NCBI GenBank assembly: GCA_001938485.1
Contig: MQRK01248130.1
Location: forward strand, 1 to 53,482
Reading direction: 5' to 3'
DNA: 53,482 nt
Source of the DNA: Girardia tigrina
Lineage: Eukaryota
Of the stretch, positions 1 to 9,852 are shown piece by piece; the first letter of the stretch is position 1; the number at the start of each line of letters is the position of its first letter. Both the position numbers and the translations under genes were made by a program. The notes beneath the pieces are model-generated. The model was not told the DNA's origin, ran no database searches, and saw only the letters and a list, made by a program, of their open reading frames with translations.

Positions 1-10
1 CGTGGGACAT

Positions 11-103
11 CGCGACCGTTGCCATGGTAACCGCGACCGTTGCTATGGTAATCGCGACCGTTGCCATGGTAACCGCGACCGTTGCCATGGCAACCACGGT
101 AAC
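11..103. repeat. Tandem 21-bp repeat (4 copies plus a partial), each containing an RFX X-box-like palindrome
   Basis: Units cgcgaccgttgccatggtaac at 11, 32, 53 and 74; core GTTGCCATGG(T/C)AAC; no spacers. Confidence 0.9.
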
Positions 104-110
104 TAATTAC

Positions 111-148
111 GACCCCCCCGGGGGGGGGTCTTGTGGGGAGAAACCCCA
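111..148. other. Two adjacent GC-rich hairpins
   Basis: GA-C7-G9-TC near-palindrome at 111-130 and tgggg-agaaa-cccca at 134-148. Confidence 0.7.
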
Positions 149-249
149 TTTTTCCCCTACTCACAGACATTCGACAAAGGAAGCCTGAATTTGTATGAAA
201 TTTCAAGTCATACTAAATGAATATAGAGTAAACTGTATCACTGCCAGAC

Positions 250-497
250 AATCAAACACAAGAGGAACAATTATTGAACAGTCGGCCTAGTAGAGAAAGA
301 CGAAGACCGACAAATGTAAATGATTACATTCTGGATTCAGATTCTAGTGGACAAATCTGGTGAGAGTGTTGGATATAAGATATTTTAATTATTTAAAATA
401 TTTATTAAATGTTTTATGATCTATATTTTGTTTGAATATTAAAGATTAAACAGTGTTTATAAAAATAAACTTTTCGCTTGTTAAATTGAATCTAACA
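250..497 (+). mobile_element. 3' end of a Ty3/gypsy-like LTR retrotransposon (integrase tail, purine-rich tract, short LTR)
   Basis: Frame reads LLNSRPSRERRRPTNVNDYILD (RxSxRxRRxP...DY integrase-tail motif); ggtgagag then TGTTGGA(367)...TCTAACA(497) with AATAAA inside. Confidence 0.6.
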
Positions 498-500
498 ATG

Positions 501-578
501 TATATATATTTCCCTCTATTAGATCATATTCCATAAAAGAATATATGGAATATTGTCTAATAGAGGGAAATATATATA
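501..578. repeat. Long hairpin (35-bp arms, 2 mismatches, 8-nt loop) at the 5' junction of PLE copy A
   Basis: 501-535 is the reverse complement of 544-578. Confidence 0.9.
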
Positions 579-794
579 ATGAGTCGATCGAGTAAGGTTC
601 TTGATCATTGGTTATGTTGTAAGGATAGAACCTCATCCATTTCAAAAGATGAGTTTTCTGTTCTACAAGAGGGATTTGATTCACATTACGAACGACAGTT
701 TTGTGAATCTCTACTAATAAGACACTACAACCCATCAATTAACATCCAGAATGGGCAAAATAAGGTTATTTCAATACTTAAAATTTTTAATTAA
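579..794 (+). pseudogene. PLE copy A: C-terminal part of a GIY-YIG endonuclease (5'-truncated)
   Basis: ...LDHWLCCKDR...EFSVL...ERQFCESLLIRHYNPSINIQ matches the PLE endonuclease E-x-L-L-I-xxxx-P-x-I-N-x-Q end; homologous to copy D. Confidence 0.85.
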
Positions 795-930
795 AATATT
801 TTTGCCATTATTACCCAATAATACTTTAATAAATTATTATATTTAATTCGTAATATACCTTTTAAAGTTAATATATCTTTAAAATTGTATTATTAAAACA
901 ATTCAATATTCATATACTAAAATATCCGAA

Positions 931-977
931 AATTGCTGCTGATGATGTATGTAAACATCGAAACATGTCCAATAATT
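931..977 (+). ncRNA. Minimal type I hammerhead ribozyme (PLE copy A)
   Basis: aattgctg-CTGATGA(939)-T-stem II G(t)ATG/taaa/CATC-GAAA-CATG-T-C(969)-caataatt; palindromic loop III, GUC site. Confidence 0.8.
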
Positions 978-1012
978 ATATAAAAAAAAGCTTTAATCAA
1001 ATTATATTTGCA

Positions 1013-1043
<31 letters not shown>

Positions 1044-1986
1044 ACCAAAGGTTTTTAAACACAAAAACAATTTTAGAGATCCTAAATAATTTTAATAATA
1101 ATAATCCAAATAAAAAGTTGTCCAAGTGAACATTACCCCTTGATGTTAATCTTGTTCTTCAATCATAATATTTTTAATTACTCCTAAAAAATAAAAATTG
1201 ATAAAATTTCTTAAGAAAAAGTAATATCAAAAATATTTAAATTTTTATTTAAGATATTCAAAGGGGACCCCGAATGTTCATTAGAAGACACATTATTAAG
1301 AATATAACCAAATTTGCATTTTTATTTGATTGAGATAATTTATTATATTTTCGTTTTAATGAAATAAAATATAATTTTCGAAATGATTTTTCTTTTTTTC
1401 ATATTTGAGAATATTTTTTTCTTTATTTGTAATTGAAAAAAATATAACAAGAAATATTCAAACAAAATTTGTAAATAAATATTCTAAGAAAATTTTTTTC
1501 GATGATTTTTGTGAAACTCTTTTTAAAAAAATATTCTCTCTTTTTTTAATTTAATATTTTTTTCCATTTTTCAAAGAATAATTAAATATTTTTTACAGTA
1601 TTTCTAATTATGGAAATTCAATTTTTTTCAATGGCGACAACTTTGATGCTGTGCACAAATTGAGAATAAATTTTCTTTCTTGCTTTTCAAACGAAGACAC
1701 AAAATTTGAAAAATCATTCATTAAAACAAATTGGAAATGAGCTTATTTTTTGATAAATTAAAAAAAATTGAATAAAATTATTTATTTTTTTGAAAATTAA
1801 TTTCATTCGTAAAATTTGAAAAAATTTCAATAAAATGTTTGTAAATTTATGTTTTAAAAAAATTTTATAAAAAGTCTTTATTATAATTCCTAAATGATAA
1901 TTAAAGTAATAAATAAAATAATAATGATATTTATTATTATTTATGTTATAAAACCAAAGATATGTCATTTCGAAATATATTTTTTC

Positions 1987-2029
1987 ATGATAATATATTT
2001 CGACGGTTTTACCGTTATCCTCAGATCAC
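1987..2029 (-). ncRNA. Minimal type I hammerhead ribozyme (PLE copy B, inverted pseudo-LTR)
   Basis: Minus strand gtgat-CTGAGGA-T-AACGG/taaaa/CCGTC-GAAA-TATA-T-T-atcat; the plus-strand counterpart at about 3047-3078 has lost its core. Confidence 0.75.
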
Positions 2030-2219
2030 TAATTTTTAGCTTTTTATTGTTTATATATATAAAATTGATAATTATGCAATTGATTACGCAAAATTAATCA
2101 CAAACTCATAACAAATTTGTTGACTGCCGTTTGAACACTATTTTTAGTGATACGAGACCTGATTAACAAAGTTTCACACGACACTATCCAAATAATTTTT
2201 TTAAATGCTTGCACATAAT

Positions 2220-2940
2220 ACTGATACAAGTTTATACACATCACCAGACAGTTTTTGTGAGTCAAGATATAAGAGGTTTGCTTTACCATTGTTTTTTCCT
2301 TTCTTCGAATTTTACTAAATCTAATAAAACTATTGAAACGTTGAGTAAATTGTTGAATAACAATGAATATTATGTCTTTTATTGAGAAAATCACTCGTGA
2401 AACTTTAGACAAAATAATTTAAAGTGAACGAATTAAGACTGCTCAGTCTAACGAGACATTTAATTCACCTGTGGATGAAATAGTAATGGATGAAGTCGAG
2501 AAAGATCTTAAGATTGAAAATTCCTACATACCGGGTTACACATTGAGCTTATCTTATTCTGAAGGATTCAAATATCTAACGAATTCTGTTCTTAAAGCAA
2601 CAAATTATCTTTTCAATTTAAAAATCCTTTCTATTTTATTTAATGTTGAAAATAGTTCTGTAATAGATAACCTATTCCTTTAAGTTTGTGTTCGGACGAG
2701 GTTTATTATACGTATAATGGGTGCAATGCCACATACATTAGAGAGATTGGCCGTCATATCTGCAAATGAGTCCAAGAACACACTTATAGAGGGAGTAAGA
2801 ATAATATTGTTGAGCATAGAAAAACTTGTAAATGTGATTTGAGTATAAATGATTTCAAAATTCTGTGCAAGCATTTTAACAATTATTAGAAGAGAGTGTC
2901 ATATGAGAGTTAATAAGGTCTCGTAACACTAAAATTAATT
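2220..2940 (+). pseudogene. PLE copy B: RT thumb, linker and GIY-YIG endonuclease, with stops and frameshifts
   Basis: TDTSLYTSPDSFCESRYKR; CFFLSSNF...LLNNNEY/MSFIEKI; PIPLSLCSDEVY..NGCNATYIREIGRHICK*VQEH...NIVEHRKTC...NDFKILCKHFNNY. Confidence 0.85.
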
Positions 2941-5306
2941 TAATTAATTAACACTTAATTAAATTAAATTAAGTAATGTTAATTTGTTAAGAGTTTTCGA
3001 TTTATTGTACAATTACATAATCACCAATTTCACTTATATAACCAATATGACGGTAAAACCGTCAAAATATATTATCATGAAAAAATATATTTTGAAATGG
3101 CGTATCTTTTGTTTTATAAAAAAATCCATTGTTTTTTAAATTTATTTATTGTTATGTTATGGTGAAGGTTTCGAAATTTATGATTTTTTGTGTAACGGTT
3201 AATTTTTCTCCCTTTCTTACCCAAAGACAGTTGTCAACTTAAATTCGGATCGCTTTTAAAAGTTTTTTTTGAATGATAATTTGCTTATTATGTGTCGCTT
3301 TCGGTTGCCATATTTATGAAAGATATGGGATCATTCAATATTAAAAAATTAATTAAAGAACTAAATAATTAATAATTAAAAGTTAAATAAATTAAAATTA
3401 TGCTCAATTTTTAAACCCGAGTTATCGAGTAATTGCCTTGTTTTGATAACTCAATCGAGAGTTAGTATTTTCCAGGTTGTGTCGTGTTGGTGTGCCGGGG
3501 TGTGTCAGACAGTAGAAAGAAAAATTATCTGAGTAAAATAGCTGACTCTGATTGGTTAACCAATAGAAGCGAGGTTCATAAATAATATAATTATTTTTAA
3601 AATCACTTTTTTGTTAATTAAAAATTTTTTAAATCGCATTTTTAACTAAATTTTTGAAATTATTAAAAAGTTTAAATTATTGTAAACAAATGTTTTTATT
3701 GATTATACTAAAATTTCATAGCTCAAATTGGAAACACATTTTTGTGAGCTAAACAATATTAAAATATTGAAATTTTTTGTGATGGAGTTATTTGTCGAAT
3801 CTATCGAATTATGAAAAAAATATATAACTGAATAATTAAATTTCTCAACTTGAGCCAAAATAATATCAACAATCAAAAACCTTTTTAAAGGGACCCAGCA
3901 CGAAAAGTAGCAAGTCTAAATCTACTGCCATGTCTTTGATATTACCGATCAGTTTCTCGGGAAACCTGGGCATTGTACAAAACAATGACATAAATAATTT
4001 ATTATTTATTAATAATATACTGTAATATATCAATTTATTTGATAATATAATTATGAAAAATATTAAAAAATTATTAAAATTAAATTATAATATTATATAA
4101 AAATAGTAATTTATTAAATAGTTTTTTATAATTCAATAAAATTTCAAAATAATTACAAATTTATTATTTTCAATTTTTTGGGGAAAAATTTAATAAATAA
4201 GAGGAAATGAATTGCATTTTTTTGATTTTTAGTTAAGGAAACTCAATGGAAAATTTTGATGAAACAATTTCTGAATTTAAGTTGATATTTGATTAATGAT
4301 AGAAAGAAAGATAATTTTTAAAGAAATTTCTATTTTTCCAAAATCATAAGAGATCATAAAACTTTGAATTTTCTTTAATTATTTGAGAAATTATTTAGAA
4401 AAAAAATCCAATTTTCGATTTCTTATTATATGTAATTAAATTAAAGATAATTGTCATTTTGAACATATATAACAATTTTATATAAACAGAAAAGATAATA
4501 ATTTTTGTAATGTGATTTTCAAAAAAATAATTTTATATTTATAATTTTTTAATTTTTGTATTAAAAAAATTTTCTAATCAAATAAAATTTTGAAAATAAA
4601 ATTAATAAATACTGTAATTATCAAAAATTTTTTATAATAATACTTTAACATTCATATGTTAATTTCCGATCTAAATAAAGCAGAAATAAAATTATATTTA
4701 TTTTCCTTAATAAATATTGATATTTAAAATTGCTTTTAAATTTTAATAACTAGAATGTTTAAAAAATAGATTTTTTTTCATTTACTTATATGATAATAAT
4801 GAAAAATTAATTATTATTTATGATTAATTACTAGTAATAGTACATTAATGTAAATAATATTTTATATAATAATAATTATTATTATGATTATTAAAATACA
4901 AATTCTTTATATGAAAATTTAACAAAATAATGAAATACCACATAAATAATATTTAAAAAAACAATTTTAATATTAAATATTCGACTAATAAAAAGAAGTA
5001 CGAATTGGATATTAAAGTTTGGGTGATAATACTGCAAAATATAAAAATAAAATTTTATTTGATAGGTTTCTTTCCATCATTTATATAACAGCCCAAGCAT
5101 CAACTAGAAATTGGAAGTCTTCTCTTCGTCACTTCTATTCAATTGATTTAAAATTTATTAAAGACATATATTTGTCACTTCAAAACTTCCTGTGAGATAT
5201 TATTCTTATTTGTTTAAATTCACCGAAACCGGTGATAGTTGTTGATTATCGCAGTCAAAGAGGATCGCTCCAGAGATTAATAATTTTCTTGGTGGTTTGA
5301 TCGATT

Positions 5307-5483
5307 GGTGGAACGACGGCGGCGACAATACTGGTGCGCGCGACCGCAAAGACATGAAGCGATTGGATTCGGGAGGAACAGCAAGGACGCCAATTCGATC
5401 CATTTCTGGCACTTAGTGAGGTGGCCGATGTCGATGCTGATGGCGGCACCCGAAATATCGAGACATTGCGGGTTGCTCTTCGA
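5307..5483 (+). pseudogene. hsp60: Highly degenerate HSP60/chaperonin fragment 1
   Basis: GGTTAATILVRATAK resembles [16 protein letters not shown]; later EVADVDADGG resembles QVATISANGD. Confidence 0.5.
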
Positions 5484-5515
5484 GGATCGCAACGGACATT
5501 AAACTCATCTGGAGT

Positions 5516-5739
5516 AGCGGGGTGAAAATGGTTCGAGACGTGTTGAACGGCACAAATGAAGAAATGGGTGACGGGACGATGGCAGCGAAAGTACTGGTGC
5601 GTGCGATCACCAAACAGGATTTGAATGGATCGGTGGGGGTGCTGGTTTGATTGGTTTCCGATTGAGAATGTTGTGGCCAGTCTGAGGTTGATGTAGAGGC
5701 CAGTGGCGGTTCCCTAGGGGATTGTAGAGGTGTCTACGG
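5516..5739 (+). pseudogene. hsp60: HSP60/chaperonin pseudogene fragment 2
   Basis: GVKMVRDVLNGTNEEMGDGTMAAKVLVRAITKQ...IENVVASLRLM*RPVAVP*GIVEVST aligns with [28 protein letters not shown]...SKPVTTPEEIAQVAT. Confidence 0.85.
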
Positions 5740-5947
5740 CACCGATTGGTCCAAGGTTATACCTCGGAGGCGATTCGAAGAATCCAGGGGGAATGCACGA
5801 TCGCATTCTGAACGGCAGGACAATCCGCAAAAATCTCAAAACGGATCGCTGGACGCGCGGGCGATCGTGAAGCGGGTTGCGGGAATTTGAGATGGCATCG
5901 AGATCTGACGATAAATTGCGGACACCAGTGGCTGGCCTCTGGTCCAG

Positions 5948-6435
5948 CTAGCCTCGTCCCAAAAAGTAAATTATCGTCATCAATATGTTCGATCGAACGA
6001 GCAAAAATTTGTCTCATTTCTATATTTGTTTGCGTTGTTTCTTTCATCCGGAATTGAAACGAGTCTTTTTCGAGTGAATTCCATTTCCTATAGTGTTCTC
6101 TGCTAATGCTACTTTGACTTTTTTAAGTACCATTCAAAGCCAGGTCACCCAAAAGTACTTTTTGGTTATAACTATTGTCTCTAAGCAAAAGCTGAGACAG
6201 TACGTTTTTAATTTCTGAACGAGGGGGATTTTTCTTCTTTTCTTGAACTTAAAATTTCCTCCCTGTTGATGTTATTGCTAATTTCTTTATTATATTATAT
6301 GCAGATTGTTGAGTAATGTCACAATCTTCTGCGATTTTTATCGAATAATTTTTTTCCATATATTGCGTATTCTTTAAAGAATTTCGTCGGTAATTATTTG
6401 TCTCTTTTTTCGGTTTTTCACTTAATCTCCTTCAT
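5948..6435 (-). mobile_element. Degenerate N-terminal half of an IS630/Tc1-like transposase
   Basis: Across frameshifts: IAEDCDITQQSAYNIIKKL (HTH), SQSSISR, EMEFTRKRLVSIPDERN, NIEMRQIFARSIEHIDDDNLLF-DEA. Confidence 0.75.
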
Positions 6436-7167
6436 TTAGGTCCAACAGATCGTCCTATTTATTATAGCTATCTTCCATAAGGTCTAAATTTTCGATAAAG
6501 TAATTCTAAATTATCAAAATGATGCATAATCATAATTAAGAAATTTAAATTTTTATTTATAAAATATGTTTAAATTTCGATTATTCAAACATTAATTCTA
6601 AATATATTAATGAATGATTTTAAATATATTATTACATAACCATGTAATATATAATATTGTAGTGATCCGATAATCGATGGAAAACAAAAAATTTAATTAA
6701 ATGTTTCGTTTACTTAAATTAAATTAAATAAAAAAATTTTAACAAAGAGGGAAATTTAAATTTTGTAATTATGTCGGTAAAAAATAAATGCTTTATAAAA
6801 ATAACCGATTTCTGATTTTCTATCTCAATTTTTAAAATTGTAAACAAATGAAATCGAGCGGACCAGAGCTGCCGCCTCATTGTTCAGGAAATTGGCATCC
6901 GGACAACCCACTTGGACGCATCGAGTGGACCACCGACCGATGCGATGCCGTCGACACTTCAGCGAGCCCATGTGGGCCGTTTGCGACGCCGACGCATGTC
7001 GGCGTATCGACCGTTGGGCACTAGAACCGACCGATCATGTCCGACAGCGACAATTTCCCGCACAGTTAAGAGGTGCTGGTTACCGCCACTCGGTTCGGCA
7101 GCCGGCACCACAAATATGTTTGTTTAAAAAGTGTGTTTGTTTGTTTGTCAGTCGCGCTATAAAAAGC

Positions 7168-7340
7168 AAATTTGTAGAGGAATCGGAGTGAATCAACTTA
7201 AGGACGTAGTCAATCTGGATAGCCCGCGCCAAGACGGTTTTGTTGGTACAGCGCCTTCACCGAAAGACGCCGGGAAGCCGACGAAATAGACCAAATACCG
7301 TGCGTGTCGTTAAATTCTTAAATCAACACCGATTTCGAAT
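7168..7340 (+). pseudogene. Unidentified gene-like fragment, paralogous to 9692-9845
   Basis: FVEESE*INLRT*SIWIARAKTVL versus IVEELKRIHVRTWSIYIARIKTIL. Confidence 0.6.
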
Positions 7341-7655
7341 AATGCCGATATGGTACTGGCCTCTGGATCGGGCTGTGAAAGCCAGCACCCATTTTTCGTG
7401 CGGAAAGTATCGACTGGCTCTCGATTGGATCCAACTGAACAACAGTCATCTGTCCGGCTCGCCGCGGCTTCCCGTACCGCCCTACTGGCCTAGTGACCGG
7501 TATCGCTCGAAGCAGCATGTGATCCCATCGACTCGCCAAACAGCGACTCGGATGCTGCATTGATTCGGTCGCCGAGCTCCGCCAAGATGTGTGAGGCGGC
7601 GGGGTGTGTGGTGCGGCCAGTCGAGTCCGAGCAGTACGGCTTGCTTTCATTTTTA

Positions 7656-9129
7656 TACCATTTTCCGTTCAATTTGAACATTTTGTTTTTCAAATTGAAC
7701 ATTTTATCAACGAATCGCAACATTTTATTATTCAATTCGAAAATGTATAAAATAAAAAAAACAAAGATATGATAATAGTTTATTAATATATTAACAACTC
7801 GTAATAATAACTTGTTTAATGATGAACATATGACAATTCAGCTGCACAGTTTATAATATTTCGAAGAATGTTCTTAAAATATCCCGCGCTATCTGATGCT
7901 GTTATGTTATGCGTTTCAGATCACATCAGTTCAGACAACAATAATCCATTAGTCCCAATCTTAATTTTGATCTTAAACCATTCTTAATTTTTGAAAAAGC
8001 ATTTTCAATAGGGTTAAGCATATAATAATAAGGTGAAAGGAATTTAAATTCAAAATTAAATTCTGAAGTTATTCTTTCAATTTATTTTTTTTTATGTATT
8101 CTGGCGTTATCCATTATTAAACAAGCTTTTTGCATATGAAGAACATCTCTCAAATAGCAACATAGTTCAGTAATATATTCAGTAAAAATATTAGCATTGA
8201 CGGTAGAGTTAGCAATTGTTTTGCAATAGCCCATTCCGTTGATTGTCATACTTGCAATTAAAGATATTGATCTACCTCTTACTGTTGGTGTTTATACTAT
8301 AGCACGAGTTCCTTGCTTCGATCTCGCATGAGATCTTTTTAAATGTAAATTAAAAGATGATTCATCTATAAATATCGCTCCTGAAAAATCATTGTTGAAA
8401 TGGTTGTTAAACCATTGCGCATATTCCTTTCTCAAAATGATTTTTTCGGCCGAATTAACTCTATCCAGCTCTCTATGGGAAAGTTTCATAGGTATTTTTA
8501 GGTCTTCTAGGCATCTAGTAATACTTGAAATTGATATCGAAATTTTTGGATCAGCTGCTAGCTCAAGCTTTTCTTTAATTTCTTTAAGTGTAAACTGTGG
8601 GTTAAATGTAACGATTTCCTCAATTTTGTTTATATTATGCGCTGTGAGAACTGATCTTATTTAACCACCTTTTGCGTTGAGGTTAACAACATTGTGCTTG
8701 TTATATTTATTGACTATTACTCTTGCTGAATTATAGTTAATTTGAACGATCTCTGATGCTTCTAATATACTCTGTCCTTGTTCACAGACGAGTCTAATTA
8801 AGCTTTGACGTTTTTCCTAATGATATTTTAGCATATGAAACTCTTGTTGGGGTTTGATTTGCAGAATTAACTGTCAAGGCAGTATTGATCGAATTACCTA
8901 AATCCATTTTGATTTTTGAAAAAAGCATGAAATTGCGTTAAATAAATTTAAAAAAATTAATTTCTTTTTATATTTCTATATATTTAATATTAACCCTAAC
9001 TTATTTATTAGTTAAAATTTTTGATTTAAATTTTTGAAAATGTTGCGATTCATTGGTAAAAATATTCAATTTGAAAAATAAAATGTTGCGATTCATTGAT
9101 AAAATGTTCAATTTGACCGGAAAATGGTA
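7656..9129 (-). mobile_element. Tc1/IS630-like DD34E transposon, full length but inactivated
   Basis: TIRs taccattttccg(t/g)tcaa.ttgaacatttt with TA TSD and internal direct repeats; motifs IFIDESSFN, IMDNARIH, FLSPYYYMLNPIENAFSKIK (D-34-E); several stops. Confidence 0.92.
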
Positions 9130-9691
9130 TATATTTATTTCAAAAGTTTCGTGAAAAGACGAAGAAAAATAAAACAAAAACTTATTTGGGAATTTAAATC
9201 TGTGTTCAATACAAAATTGTTACACCATATTATATTAGTTAGTTCGATAAAACAAAAGAAATTTTTTTGTTAAAATTTTCATGAGCACAACAGCCGATTT
9301 TGATGATTTCTACAAGGAAATTCGTAATTTTTTTATAAAAATAAAAATAAAATACCAATTTCTTTGATAAATGACGATTTATATCACTTATTTACTAATT
9401 ATATTTCTAAAAGTCAATTAGTATTAATTACAAAATTTCCTTATTAATAAATAATATCAAGTTTTCATTTATAAATAAGTATTTTATTAATAATGCAAAT
9501 CTAAAAAATTTTAACAGTGATAATTTTAGTAACAAAAGTTCTATTGATAACCTTAATAAAATATTTTACAAAAATAAAAATAATACAAAATTTTTTAAAA
9601 AAAGTACTATATATCTGTCTGAAATCGGTCATGCTCAATTGTCGGTTACTCTCAAAATTTATTATGATCATAAATATGCTAATAAAATACG

Positions 9692-9852
9692 AAATTGTGG
9701 AGGAACTCAAGCGAATCCACGTAAGGACGTGGTCAATCTACATAGCCCGCATCAAAACGATTTTATCTGAGCAGCACTTTCGTCGAAAGGCTCCGGAAGC
9801 CGACTTAATTGACCGACTGTTAAATAAACACAGAATTCGAAACAATAAATAA
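9692..9852 (+). pseudogene. Unidentified gene-like fragment (exon or pseudo-exon), paralogous to 7168-7340
   Basis: Open frame IVEELKRIHVRTWSIYIARIKTILSEQHFRRKAPEADLIDRLLNKHRIR; DNA similarity to 7168-7340. Confidence 0.55.

Larger units (their letters stand above)
1946..3119 (+). mobile_element. PLE copy B: 5'-truncated Penelope-like element with an inverted pseudo-LTR
   Basis: About 70-bp inverted repeats 1946-2018 and 3047-3119; inverted endonuclease C-terminus on the minus strand 2098-2219; plus-strand body 2220-2940. Confidence 0.85.

Noticed and set aside
11-103. CRISPR array
   Set aside because: The repeats are head-to-tail with no unique spacers, no cas genes are present and the context is eukaryotic.
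3041-3080. Functional hammerhead on the plus strand of copy B
   Set aside because: CUGANGA is missing and GAAA has become AAAA.
5948-9129. Fanzor/TnpB cargo in the IS630/Tc1-like elements
   Set aside because: No second ORF or RuvC/zinc-finger motifs are seen; the 1.47-kb element only has room for a transposase.
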